In this document: positions 1 through 7,604 of the stretch, in pieces
Position numbering within the stretch: the stretch's first letter is position 1
Layout: the number at the start of each line of letters is the position of its first letter
From: an uncultured Candidatus Binatia bacterium
Lineage (GTDB): Bacteria; Desulfobacterota; Binatia; UBA9968; JAJDTQ01
Reading direction: 5' to 3'
Length of the DNA: 64,000 bases
NCBI GenBank assembly: GCA_965242525.1
Contig: OZ251459.1
Location: forward strand, 1,664,001 to 1,728,000
Program-made: the position numbers and the translations under genes
The notes under the pieces: generated by a model
The model's input: the letters and a program-made list of their open reading frames with translations, nothing else
What the model was told of the DNA's origin: nothing
The model's database searches: none

Positions 1-724
1 GCCCGCCACCGACGAGGCATGGGGCGAGCGCCTGTGCGGACTGGGTTTCATGGCCGAACGTCAAGACGGTCCGCCGGTGTGCACGATAGTGGGACTGGTG
101 CTGTTCGGACGCAGACCGCGGCGTCTGCTGCGGCAGGCCGGCATTCGATGGATGGCCTTCAAGGGCGGCGCCAAGGCTTACGACGCACTGGACGACCAGG
201 TGATCGACGGCCCGTTGACCGCTCTCCGGGGCGAGTTGTCAGGCCGCGGACGCGAGGTCCTGGAAAACGGAATCATCGAGCGGCTGGCCGACGCCATGCG
301 TCCATTCGTTTCCGAAGAAACCGGTCGAATCGGCGAGTCCATGCGCCGGGAGCGGACCTGGCACTACCCTCTGGACGCGGTTCGGGAAGCGGTCGTCAAC
401 GCCCTCGGCCATCGAGACTGGACCCGCAACGAAGAGATCGAAGTCGTCCGTTACGCAGACCGGCTGGAAGTGCTGAGCCCCGGTGCGCTCCAGAACACCA
501 TGACGGTCGAGAAGATGATCGCCGGCCAACGTTCCCCGCGCAACCCGCTCATGGTCGAGGTATTGAAGGACTATGGCTATGCGGACGCTCGCGGCATGGG
601 GGTCCGCAACAAGATCATTCCCCTGCTGCGAAAAGCGAACGGCGTGGACCCGGAGTTCCAGGTGACCGAAGACCATTTGCGCCTGACCATGCGCAGGGGA
701 GCGAACGCGCAACGAGTCGCGTGA
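1..724 (+). CDS. RecG-C-terminal/HATPase_c_4-like ATP-binding domain protein (AlbA_2/Schlafen-associated type), 5'-truncated by the window
   Basis: Frame is open from base 2 (PATDEAWGERL...); motifs YPLDAVREAVVNALGHRDW, DRLEVLSPG, RNPLMVEVL, GMGV. Confidence 0.75.
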   Translation, partial: PATDEAWGERLCGLGFMAERQDGPPVCTIVGLVLFGRRPRRLLRQAGIRWMAFKGGAKAYDALDDQVIDGPLTALRGELSGRGREVLENGIIERLADAMRPFVSEETGRIGESMRRERTWHYPLDAVREAVVNALGHRDWTRNEEIEVVRYADRLEVLSPGALQNTMTVEKMIAGQRSPRNPLMVEVLKDYGYADARGMGVRNKIIPLLRKANGVDPEFQVTEDHLRLTMRRGANAQRVA

Positions 725-749
725 CCCCGGCTGACGCCGGGCGCGCCTC

Positions 750-3700
750 TTACGGCGCCGGGACGCTTCCGCCTTGGGTCCCGGGTCGGTAGGTCTCCCG
801 GAAGACGGTCTCGGAGAGCCATTTCTCGAACGACGGGTTGTCGCTGAACTGCTTGAACAACTCGGTGTGGTCCGCGAGCAGCTCGGTCATGGCGCGGCGC
901 AGGGCCTTGTCGTGTTCGATGCGCGCGTTCTGCCGGTCGGAGTTGGCCATGGCGTTCCGGTACGCCCTGTCACCGGCCACCTTGGCGGGCAGTTCCTCGG
1001 CGATGACCTTGGCGATCTTGTCCTGGTCCTTCCACTCGATGTTGCCGAACCTGTCGTTGAACTCCTCCAGGATGCGGGAGAGCCGGTCCATCTCCGGTTC
1101 CGGCTTCTGTCCGCCGCCCTCGACGGACGCCGGCGGGACCTCCGCATCCTGGTCGGGAAGCTGGACGTCCTGCACCGCCTGCTTCTCGACCCGGTAGCTG
1201 TCCATGTCGATGGCGTCGAGTATCCCCCTGGACAGGTCGTCCTCGACCGGAGCCGGCAGCTTGCGGACGAGGAAGTTCAGGAAGATGGAGAGCTTCTCCC
1301 ACTCGGCGTTGGTGTAGGGCAGGATGGCGCCCAGGAAATCGTAGGCCCGGAGGAACGCCTTGGCCTTGCCCTTGAAGTCCACCTGTCCGTCCTCGTCCAG
1401 GTTGTCCAGGTAGATGGAGACGCAGGCGTCCAGGATCGGGTCGAGCCGGTCGCGGCCGGCCCCCGAGAGGTACTGCTCCACCAACTCGTCCACCTGCGAC
1501 GGGCCATGGACCTGGTAGCTGTCGAGGGACGCCTTGAGGTCGTGGAGACGGTTCGGGTCGGTCTCGTCCGCCAGGAGCGTGGTCCGGTAATAGTCGGCGA
1601 AGGCGCCCCGTATGGCGTCCGCATGGTTGGCGAAGTCCAGCACGAAGGCGTCGTGCTTCCCGGGGCGCGCCCGGTTGAGACGCGACAGGGTCTGCACCGC
1701 CTTCACCCCGGACAGCGGCTTGTCCACGTACATGGTGTGCAGCAACGGCTCGTCGTAGCCGGTCTGGAACTTGTCGGCGCAGACCAGGAAGCGGTACGGG
1801 TCTTGCCGGATGCGGTCGGCGATGAGGTTCGACGAGAAGCCGTTGAGGGACGCCTCGGTGACCGTCGCGCCCTCGTACTCGTGCTCGCCGGAGAAGGCGA
1901 CCATGGCCCGGTAGGGGCTCTTCCTCTCCGCGAGGTAGGCGCGGATGGCGTGGTAATAGCTCACGGCGCGCCGGACGCTGCTCGTCACCACCATGGCGCG
2001 CGCCTGTCCGCCGATCTTCCGCAGGTCGGCCACCTGCTCGTGGAAGTGGTCCACCATGATCTCGGCCTTGAGGCGGATGGGGTGCTCGTGGTCCTCCACG
2101 TAGCGGCGCAGCTTCTTCCCGGCCCGCTTGGCGTCGAACACCGGGTCGCCCGCCACCGTCTTGACCAACTGGCAGTAGGCGTCCACCGGCGTGTAATGCT
2201 TCAGCACGTCGATGATGAACCCTTCCTGTACGGCCTGCTTCATGGTGTAGGAGTGGAAGGGAACGTGCCGGGTCTTCCCGTCTTCGGGAACGGGCGCGCC
2301 GAAGATCTCCAGGGTCTTGTTCTTGGGGGTGGCGGTGAAGGCGAAGTAGCTGGCGTTGGGCAAGAGCTTCCTGGACTCCATCAGGCGGTTGATCTTGTCC
2401 TCCGCGGTCTCTTCCTCCCCTTCCGCGCCGGCCTCCCCCAGCGCCATGGACACCGACGCCGAAGCGCGTCCTCCCTGGCTCGAATGGGCTTCGTCGATGA
2501 CAACGGCGAACTTGCGCCCCCGGTGCTCGTCGCCCATGGCCTCCAGGATATAGGGGAACTTCTGCACCGTGGTGATGACGATGCGCTTGCCCTCCCGGAG
2601 CAGCGTCCGCAGACGGCCGGAGGTCTCGGCATGGCCCACGACGGCGCCCACCTGCGCGAACTGCCTGATGGTGTCCCTTATCTGCCCGTCCAACACCTTC
2701 CGGTCCGTGACCACCACCACGGAATCGAAGAGCGCTCCACCGTCCCGCTCCAGACCGATCAACTGGTGGGCCAACCACGCGATGGAGTTGGACTTGCCGC
2801 TGCCCGCGGAGTGCTGGACCAGGTAGCGGGCTCCGACGCCGCGCTCGGACGCGTCGGCCAGCAACCGGCGCACCACATCGAGCTGGTGGTAGCGAGGCCA
2901 TACCTGCACCCGCCTCTTGCGCCCCGTGCCCTCGTCCCTGGTCTCCAGGAGCTGGGCGTAGTTCTCGATGACATCGGTCAACCGGTCGCGGGTGAGGATC
3001 TGATTCCACAGGTAGTCGGTCTTGAGGCCGTCGGGGTTGGGCGGATTGCCCGCGCCATCGTTCCAGCCCCGGTTGAAAGGCAGGAACCACGACTCCTTGC
3101 CCCTGAGATGGGTGCAGAAACGGACCTCGTGTTCATCCACCGCAAAGTGGGCCAGGCAGCGGCCAAGCTCGAAGAGCTTCTCGCCCGGGCGCCGGTCGCG
3201 CTTGTACTGCTCCACCGCGTCGTCCACCGTCTGCTTGGTGAGGCGGTTCTTCAACTCGAAGGTGGCCACCGGCAGGCCGTTGACGAACAGGCACAGGTCC
3301 AGGGCAAGCCGAGTCTCGTCAAGGCTGTACCGGAGTTGCCTCGTCACGCTGAACCGGTTCCGTGCGTAGAGGCTTTCGGCCCTCTCGTTCCCCGCAGACG
3401 GCGTGCCGTAGAACAGGTCCAGGTGGTGCGGCCCATGCTTGACGCCCTTGCGCAGCAAGTCGATGGTCCCGCGCCTGCCCACCTGCCCTTGCAGCCGGGC
3501 CAGGAACTTGCGCCGCGCGGGGCCGTCCTGGGCCAGGTCCAGCGACGCGGCCGCCTCGGGCTGGGTGGCGCGGAGGAAAGCCGAAAGCTGGGCCAAGTCG
3601 ACGCAGTACTCCCGGTCGTAGTCCCGCGGGTCCCCGCAAATCCAGCCCGCGCCGCAACCCGACCGCGGTTCGCGCCCCACGCCCTCCTGCGCCGGGTCGC

Positions 3701-3767
3701 ACGCGCTCCCTGTCAGCGCCGTGCAGATGAGGCGCTCCAGGCCGCGCTCGGTGGTGTCCGTGGTCAT
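750..3767 (-). CDS. hsdR: Type I restriction endonuclease subunit R
   Basis: Nuclease motif DLCLFVNGLPVATFELKN; Walker A HSAGSGKS; DEAH; FTATP; QTGYDEP; QTLSRLNR. Start placed at MTTDTTERGLE (3767); the longer ORF-track start runs through a repeat. Confidence 0.95.
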   Translation of the reverse strand: MTTDTTERGLERLICTALTGSACDPAQEGVGREPRSGCGAGWICGDPRDYDREYCVDLAQLSAFLRATQPEAAASLDLAQDGPARRKFLARLQGQVGRRGTIDLLRKGVKHGPHHLDLFYGTPSAGNERAESLYARNRFSVTRQLRYSLDETRLALDLCLFVNGLPVATFELKNRLTKQTVDDAVEQYKRDRRPGEKLFELGRCLAHFAVDEHEVRFCTHLRGKESWFLPFNRGWNDGAGNPPNPDGLKTDYLWNQILTRDRLTDVIENYAQLLETRDEGTGRKRRVQVWPRYHQLDVVRRLLADASERGVGARYLVQHSAGSGKSNSIAWLAHQLIGLERDGGALFDSVVVVTDRKVLDGQIRDTIRQFAQVGAVVGHAETSGRLRTLLREGKRIVITTVQKFPYILEAMGDEHRGRKFAVVIDEAHSSQGGRASASVSMALGEAGAEGEEETAEDKINRLMESRKLLPNASYFAFTATPKNKTLEIFGAPVPEDGKTRHVPFHSYTMKQAVQEGFIIDVLKHYTPVDAYCQLVKTVAGDPVFDAKRAGKKLRRYVEDHEHPIRLKAEIMVDHFHEQVADLRKIGGQARAMVVTSSVRRAVSYYHAIRAYLAERKSPYRAMVAFSGEHEYEGATVTEASLNGFSSNLIADRIRQDPYRFLVCADKFQTGYDEPLLHTMYVDKPLSGVKAVQTLSRLNRARPGKHDAFVLDFANHADAIRGAFADYYRTTLLADETDPNRLHDLKASLDSYQVHGPSQVDELVEQYLSGAGRDRLDPILDACVSIYLDNLDEDGQVDFKGKAKAFLRAYDFLGAILPYTNAEWEKLSIFLNFLVRKLPAPVEDDLSRGILDAIDMDSYRVEKQAVQDVQLPDQDAEVPPASVEGGGQKPEPEMDRLSRILEEFNDRFGNIEWKDQDKIAKVIAEELPAKVAGDRAYRNAMANSDRQNARIEHDKALRRAMTELLADHTELFKQFSDNPSFEKWLSETVFRETYRPGTQGGSVPAP

Positions 3768-3801
3768 GGTCCGGATTCCGGTCCTGCATGGAACGGGTTG
3801 A

Positions 3802-3924
3802 TTACCCGCAGGCCGCCGCAAGGAAACCCTGAACAATCGTCCTCGTTCGTCCTGAGCGTAGCGAAGCGAAGTCGAAGGACGCGCTGACGGCGTAGAGCAG
3901 CACGCTGGTGTCAACGAATCGCAT
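3802..3924 (-). pseudogene. vapC: Truncated PIN-domain (VapC-like) toxin; only the first ~14 codons remain before a repeat element
   Basis: ATG at 3924 overlaps the antitoxin 3' end; reads MRFVDTSVLLYAVS (PIN N-terminal DT[N/S]xxxY pattern) then the repeat-encoded ASFDFASLRSGRT. Confidence 0.7.
3822..3885. mobile_element. MITE/REP element, partial (left TIR plus hairpin core)
   Basis: GGAAACCCTGAACAAT followed by CGTTCGTCCTGAGCGTAGCGAAGCGAAGTCGAAGGACGCGC; preceded by GCAA. Confidence 0.85.
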
Positions 3925-4231
3925 CGGGTCCGTTCATCGCTTCATCGTACAGCTCTTCCCGGGTCAGCCGATCGGAGGCTTGCAGCCCCAGACGCCGCGC
4001 ATCCAGATCCGCGAAGAACTCGTCCAGCCGCCTGCGCCGACGCTCCAACTCCGGCTCTCTCTCCCCTTCCGCACCCGGTTCGTTGGCCGCCATAGCGTCC
4101 TCGCCGCGGTCGGCCGCGAGGCCATTGAGATAGCCGCGCACCAGCGCCGAGACCGACGTGCCGGCCTCCGTAGCCTTGGCATGGGCGACGCGGTAGGTCT
4201 CCTCGTCCAACGAAACGGTGACGTTCTTCAT
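3911..4231 (-). CDS. Ribbon-helix-helix type antitoxin (VapB-like), 106 aa
   Basis: MKNVTVSLDEETYRVAHAKATEAGTSVSALVRGYL RHH pattern; C-terminal LTREELYD; directly upstream of the PIN stub. Confidence 0.75.
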   Translation of the reverse strand: MKNVTVSLDEETYRVAHAKATEAGTSVSALVRGYLNGLAADRGEDAMAANEPGAEGEREPELERRRRRLDEFFADLDARRLGLQASDRLTREELYDEAMNGPDAIR

Positions 4232-4352
4232 CCTTGCGACCTCACCATCAGCCTGACTCACAATATACCAGCAATCGACCCTCCGGCGCACCACGGTCTC
4301 GCGGGCTCCCTTTCTCCGGCAATCGGTGGTGTCGGTGGACGACTTCATTTCT

Positions 4353-4929
4353 TCAAGGGGCGAACAAGCCCTTCTTCGCCAGGACATCGACCGCCATCGG
4401 CATAGCCCGACCAGAGCGGTGCGCCCTGCCGTCATCTCGGAAATGTCGGTTGAAGGGTTGAGTCGCCGGGCCGCCGAACCTCCCACGGCTCGAACACCAC
4501 CACCTTCAGATCGTGGAACTCCCCCAAGCTGGCCTCGATACGCGGCCGCACCGTAGCCCAGTCCAGGCCGCCCAATCCGCTGCCCAGCGGCGGCAGCGCA
4601 ATGGAGCCGATATTGCGCTCCCGGATCTCTCGGGTCAGGGTGGCAAGACCGGCTTCGATGTCCTCCATTCGGCTCTTGTCCCGCCAGTGGCGCTTGGTCG
4701 GGAAGTTGATGATGTAGCGCGGGTATATCCGGCCGGTCTCGAAGACGAACAGCCGGCCAGGCTGAACCGTCCCCTGCCTGCATGCCGCGGCGTACGCGTC
4801 AAAGTTATCGGGAAACGCCTTCTTGAACTGCAAAGCAAGGCCGCGCCCCATGACGCCGACACACTTGACGGTGTTGACCAGCGCTTCGGCGTCTTCAGCG
4901 ATGATGTCGCCTGTCTTGTATTCGATCAT
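4353..4929 (-). pseudogene. darG: DarG-like macrodomain antitoxin: macro domain intact (ORF 4432-4929), then a frameshift and internal deletion of the C-terminal domain
   Basis: ALVNTVKCVGVMGRGLALQFKK, IINFPTKRHW, ALPPLGSGLGGLDW; another frame continues EMTAGRTALVGL and then AVDVLAKKGLFAP* (stop 4353-4355). Confidence 0.75.
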
Positions 4930-4947
4930 GGCCAACCTTCCTTCACC

Positions 4948-5013
4948 TCAACAATACCAGTCCAGCTTGATTGTGAGTCGCGGTTTATGCGGAGCAGATT
5001 GAAGAACTGCATG
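4948..5013 (-). pseudogene. darT: C-terminal remnant of DarT (DUF4433) toxin
   Basis: HAVLQSAPHKPRLTIKLDWYC* ends 18 nt upstream of the darG ATG; resembles the HxPxVxxxxxWY(Y/F) end of DarT proteins. Confidence 0.55.
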
Positions 5014-5092
5014 ACGCGATAGCACATCGGTAGCGACAAGGTGCCCCTTAGACCGGTTGTCCGCCTATCAAGTGACGCCTACTCTCAAACCC

Positions 5093-5803
5093 TTAATAAC
5101 CCTTTTTAGAAGGTGAAAGCAAGGCAGGGAACTCTTTCATCCGGGCAATAACAGCGAACCGTATGTGTTCATTCAGGATGTCCGCTCGACGACATAAAAT
5201 CCCTTTTTTCTCACAGTGCCGTCTAGCAAAAGTCGTTTCTTCCTCCGTAAGAAACTCGGTGATCCTCACATAATCATCCACTTTCCACATTGGATCGCAA
5301 AGATCGTCGATGTCGTGAACTTCGTCGAGCGATTTTGATTTCTCCAAGAATTGCCCTGCCAACTCAGCTACATATAAGTCGAACTCTGGCCGATTGTAAA
5401 TCATCCTGTAACGCCTGTAGGAGTCTTCCTCGTTTTTTCTGATACCTCGCATGATCTTCTGTCTTTTTTTATCATCCATGTCCCAAGACCGGTTCAGTTC
5501 TAGCGTCATAAAATCCATCTCCAAGGTCCGGCAAAGCGCTTCTTTTTCGGCAAAGGAAAGGCAATTATCACCTCTCGCCCATCGATAAATACGCCAAGGC
5601 CTAATCTGAGGATCACACTGGTAAGCGAGATCCGTCAACGTGCAGTTCTTATCCTTCAAATGCTCTCGAAGCCACTCCGGAGTTTTCCATTTCATACGAA
5701 GCTTGGTAATGAACGATGCCAACGAGTTTCGCTGCACAAACATCATCACTATCGTTAAAACGCTCGCAATCACGGGGAGAATCACGGAGATTAAGTCTAT
5801 CAC
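5093..5803 (-). CDS. Hypothetical protein, low GC, N-terminal membrane helix plus XRE-like HTH
   Basis: 236-aa ORF in visibly AT-richer DNA; hydrophobic residues 2-23; LREHLKDKNCTLTDLA...IYRWARG...EKEALCRTL resembles an XRE HTH. Confidence 0.65.
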   Translation of the reverse strand: MIDLISVILPVIASVLTIVMMFVQRNSLASFITKLRMKWKTPEWLREHLKDKNCTLTDLAYQCDPQIRPWRIYRWARGDNCLSFAEKEALCRTLEMDFMTLELNRSWDMDDKKRQKIMRGIRKNEEDSYRRYRMIYNRPEFDLYVAELAGQFLEKSKSLDEVHDIDDLCDPMWKVDDYVRITEFLTEEETTFARRHCEKKGILCRRADILNEHIRFAVIARMKEFPALLSPSKKGY

Positions 5804-5962
5804 TGTTCCGTCACCCTTCAGGAGGCTATGTCTTTACCTTTCGATTAGGTTGGTGGGTAGATCCTATTTCGTAAACCATGTTCGGCTTGCAGATTACGCC
5901 GTGAGACCCCGCTCACACGAAAGACTGGAGAATCATCTTTGATTCGGCAGGAACAAGCATGT

Positions 5963-7468
5963 TCAATCTTCCACAGACACCTTGGCCGTTGCTCCACGCA
6001 CGTCCAGCTTGCCGGTCACTGCATTGGCGACCAGGCGGGTGCGATACTCGCGGAGCAGGTCGATCTGCCGCCGGGTACGGGCGATGGTACAGTCGATGCC
6101 AGCGGTAACTTGGTCGAGATATAGGACGATAGCGTTTTGTTCCGATAAAGGAGGGAATGCAATTTTGATCTCCCCGATCTCAGCTTCGTTGATTGCAGGA
6201 ACAGGACCAGGCTTGGTGATGACTGCCAAGTCGATACGCTGCAATAACGATAGTACGAAGTCAGGATTCCCCCGAGCAACAACGCAGCCCATCAAATTAT
6301 TGTCGATGCTGGAAGGTTGTGTCAAGACGCGTCGTTTATTAGTTAGCATCGCACCGCCAACCTTGGGGAAGATAATGGTTCCGACCGGAAAGATTGCTGC
6401 TTTCAATGCCGCTGCTGTATTGTGAGAGACCGAATTATTCCAAGTTTTCACGAACTTGTCATTGCCAGGAAGATTCATGTCAGAGACTTTGAGGAAAGGA
6501 ACTTCTTGATCTTGCTGGCCTTGTTGCTCTACAGGAAATCCACTCCCACTCTTGAATGTCCCCAGGTGTTTCAAAGCGAATACATCCCAATGCTCTGGTA
6601 CATCACCTAGCCACTCCACACCCGAAGGTTTGAGCGAGACGCTAGGATCAAGGCCACGGGTGACGGCTTGGGTCACGACGGCCTGTCGCTCATCCTCCAG
6701 CAGCGCGATGAGCCGCTCCTTGGCATCGACGTACCGGCGGATGCGGGCGTCCACGTGATCCAGGTACCGCACGATGGCCGACTGTTCCGATAGGGGCGGG
6801 AGAGGAATACGGACGGATTTGATGCCAAAGTGGGTAAGACCGTACCGCGTAACGCCGTTCGCCCCTACGTGGAACTGGTAGGCAACCCCCCTGCTCTGCA
6901 AAGTCAGAGCCAAATATGCCCCGAGTATCGCCTTGCAAGGCCGTAGCAGCGCCAGATGGTAGCCGGAAAGAAGGTCATCCGCTGACTCCGTTACCAGAGC
7001 CGGAACTCCAATGTCGTCCCACGTCTCGGAGTCCTTCGTGACGAGTACGTCGTCTCGCTCCAGCCGGAATCTTTCGATTTCGTCCGGCGATGCCGTTGCG
7101 CTCATGAAAGGCAGGTCCTGGGTTATCCGATCGTTCTTGTAAACATCGACGTAGTTGCACAGACGAACCGGAACTTCGCCCTCCCTCGTGTGCTTATCCA
7201 CGTTGCTTACGCGCATTTCCGCTACGGTGCGAAGCCGCCGCACTTTCCAATGCTCCGGCACGTCGCCGAGCCACTCGACACCGGAGGGCTTGTAGGCTGG
7301 ATAAGGGCGGAGCTTTTGGAATCTCTCAACAATCGGGACAGGGGGCATGAGCGCGTCCTTCGACTCCGCTTCGCTACGCTCAGGACGAACGGGGATAAGA
7401 GAGTCAGGGTGAGGGAGTCTATCCCGGATGTCTCGCTTGTTCAGAGGTTCCTTTTTCAGGTCCGTCAT
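5963..7468 (-). CDS. hsdS: Type I R-M specificity subunit S with a 46-codon in-frame MITE insertion near the N-terminus
   Basis: Two PSGVEWLGDVPEHW repeats, two PPLSEQ motifs, C-terminal AVTGKLDVR; start MTDLKK at 7468 (alternative internal ATG inside the element). Confidence 0.92.
   Translation of the reverse strand: MTDLKKEPLNKRDIRDRLPHPDSLIPVRPERSEAESKDALMPPVPIVERFQKLRPYPAYKPSGVEWLGDVPEHWKVRRLRTVAEMRVSNVDKHTREGEVPVRLCNYVDVYKNDRITQDLPFMSATASPDEIERFRLERDDVLVTKDSETWDDIGVPALVTESADDLLSGYHLALLRPCKAILGAYLALTLQSRGVAYQFHVGANGVTRYGLTHFGIKSVRIPLPPLSEQSAIVRYLDHVDARIRRYVDAKERLIALLEDERQAVVTQAVTRGLDPSVSLKPSGVEWLGDVPEHWDVFALKHLGTFKSGSGFPVEQQGQQDQEVPFLKVSDMNLPGNDKFVKTWNNSVSHNTAAALKAAIFPVGTIIFPKVGGAMLTNKRRVLTQPSSIDNNLMGCVVARGNPDFVLSLLQRIDLAVITKPGPVPAINEAEIGEIKIAFPPLSEQNAIVLYLDQVTAGIDCTIARTRRQIDLLREYRTRLVANAVTGKLDVRGATAKVSVED
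7318..7451. mobile_element. Complete 134-bp MITE/REP element with TTTT target duplication
   Basis: GGAATCTCTCAACAAT...TTGTTCAGAGGTTCC; TTTT at 7314-7317 and 7452-7455. Confidence 0.9.
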
Positions 7469-7481
7469 CCTGCCGCACCGC

Positions 7482-7604
7482 TCATTTCGACTTCGAAGAA
7501 GCGTCGGCCCGATTGGACTTGGCAAAGAACTCCCCGGCAGGGGTTCTCAGCGGATGGGGCCGCTCCACCGCGTACATGAAGATGTTGGTATCCACGAATA
7601 TCAC
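7482..7604 (-). pseudogene. vapC: Truncated PIN-domain (VapC-like) toxin, 40 aa
   Basis: GTG overlaps the hsdM stop (GTGA); MIFVDTNIFMYAVERPHPLR is a typical PIN N-terminus; stops after 40 codons. Confidence 0.75.

Noticed and set aside
774-3887. 1037-aa plus-strand ORF (and similar ones at 8093-9841, 19108-20859, 55486-59100)
   Set aside because: Antisense shadows of hsdR, hsdM, rpoD and metH caused by high-GC codon bias; no motifs
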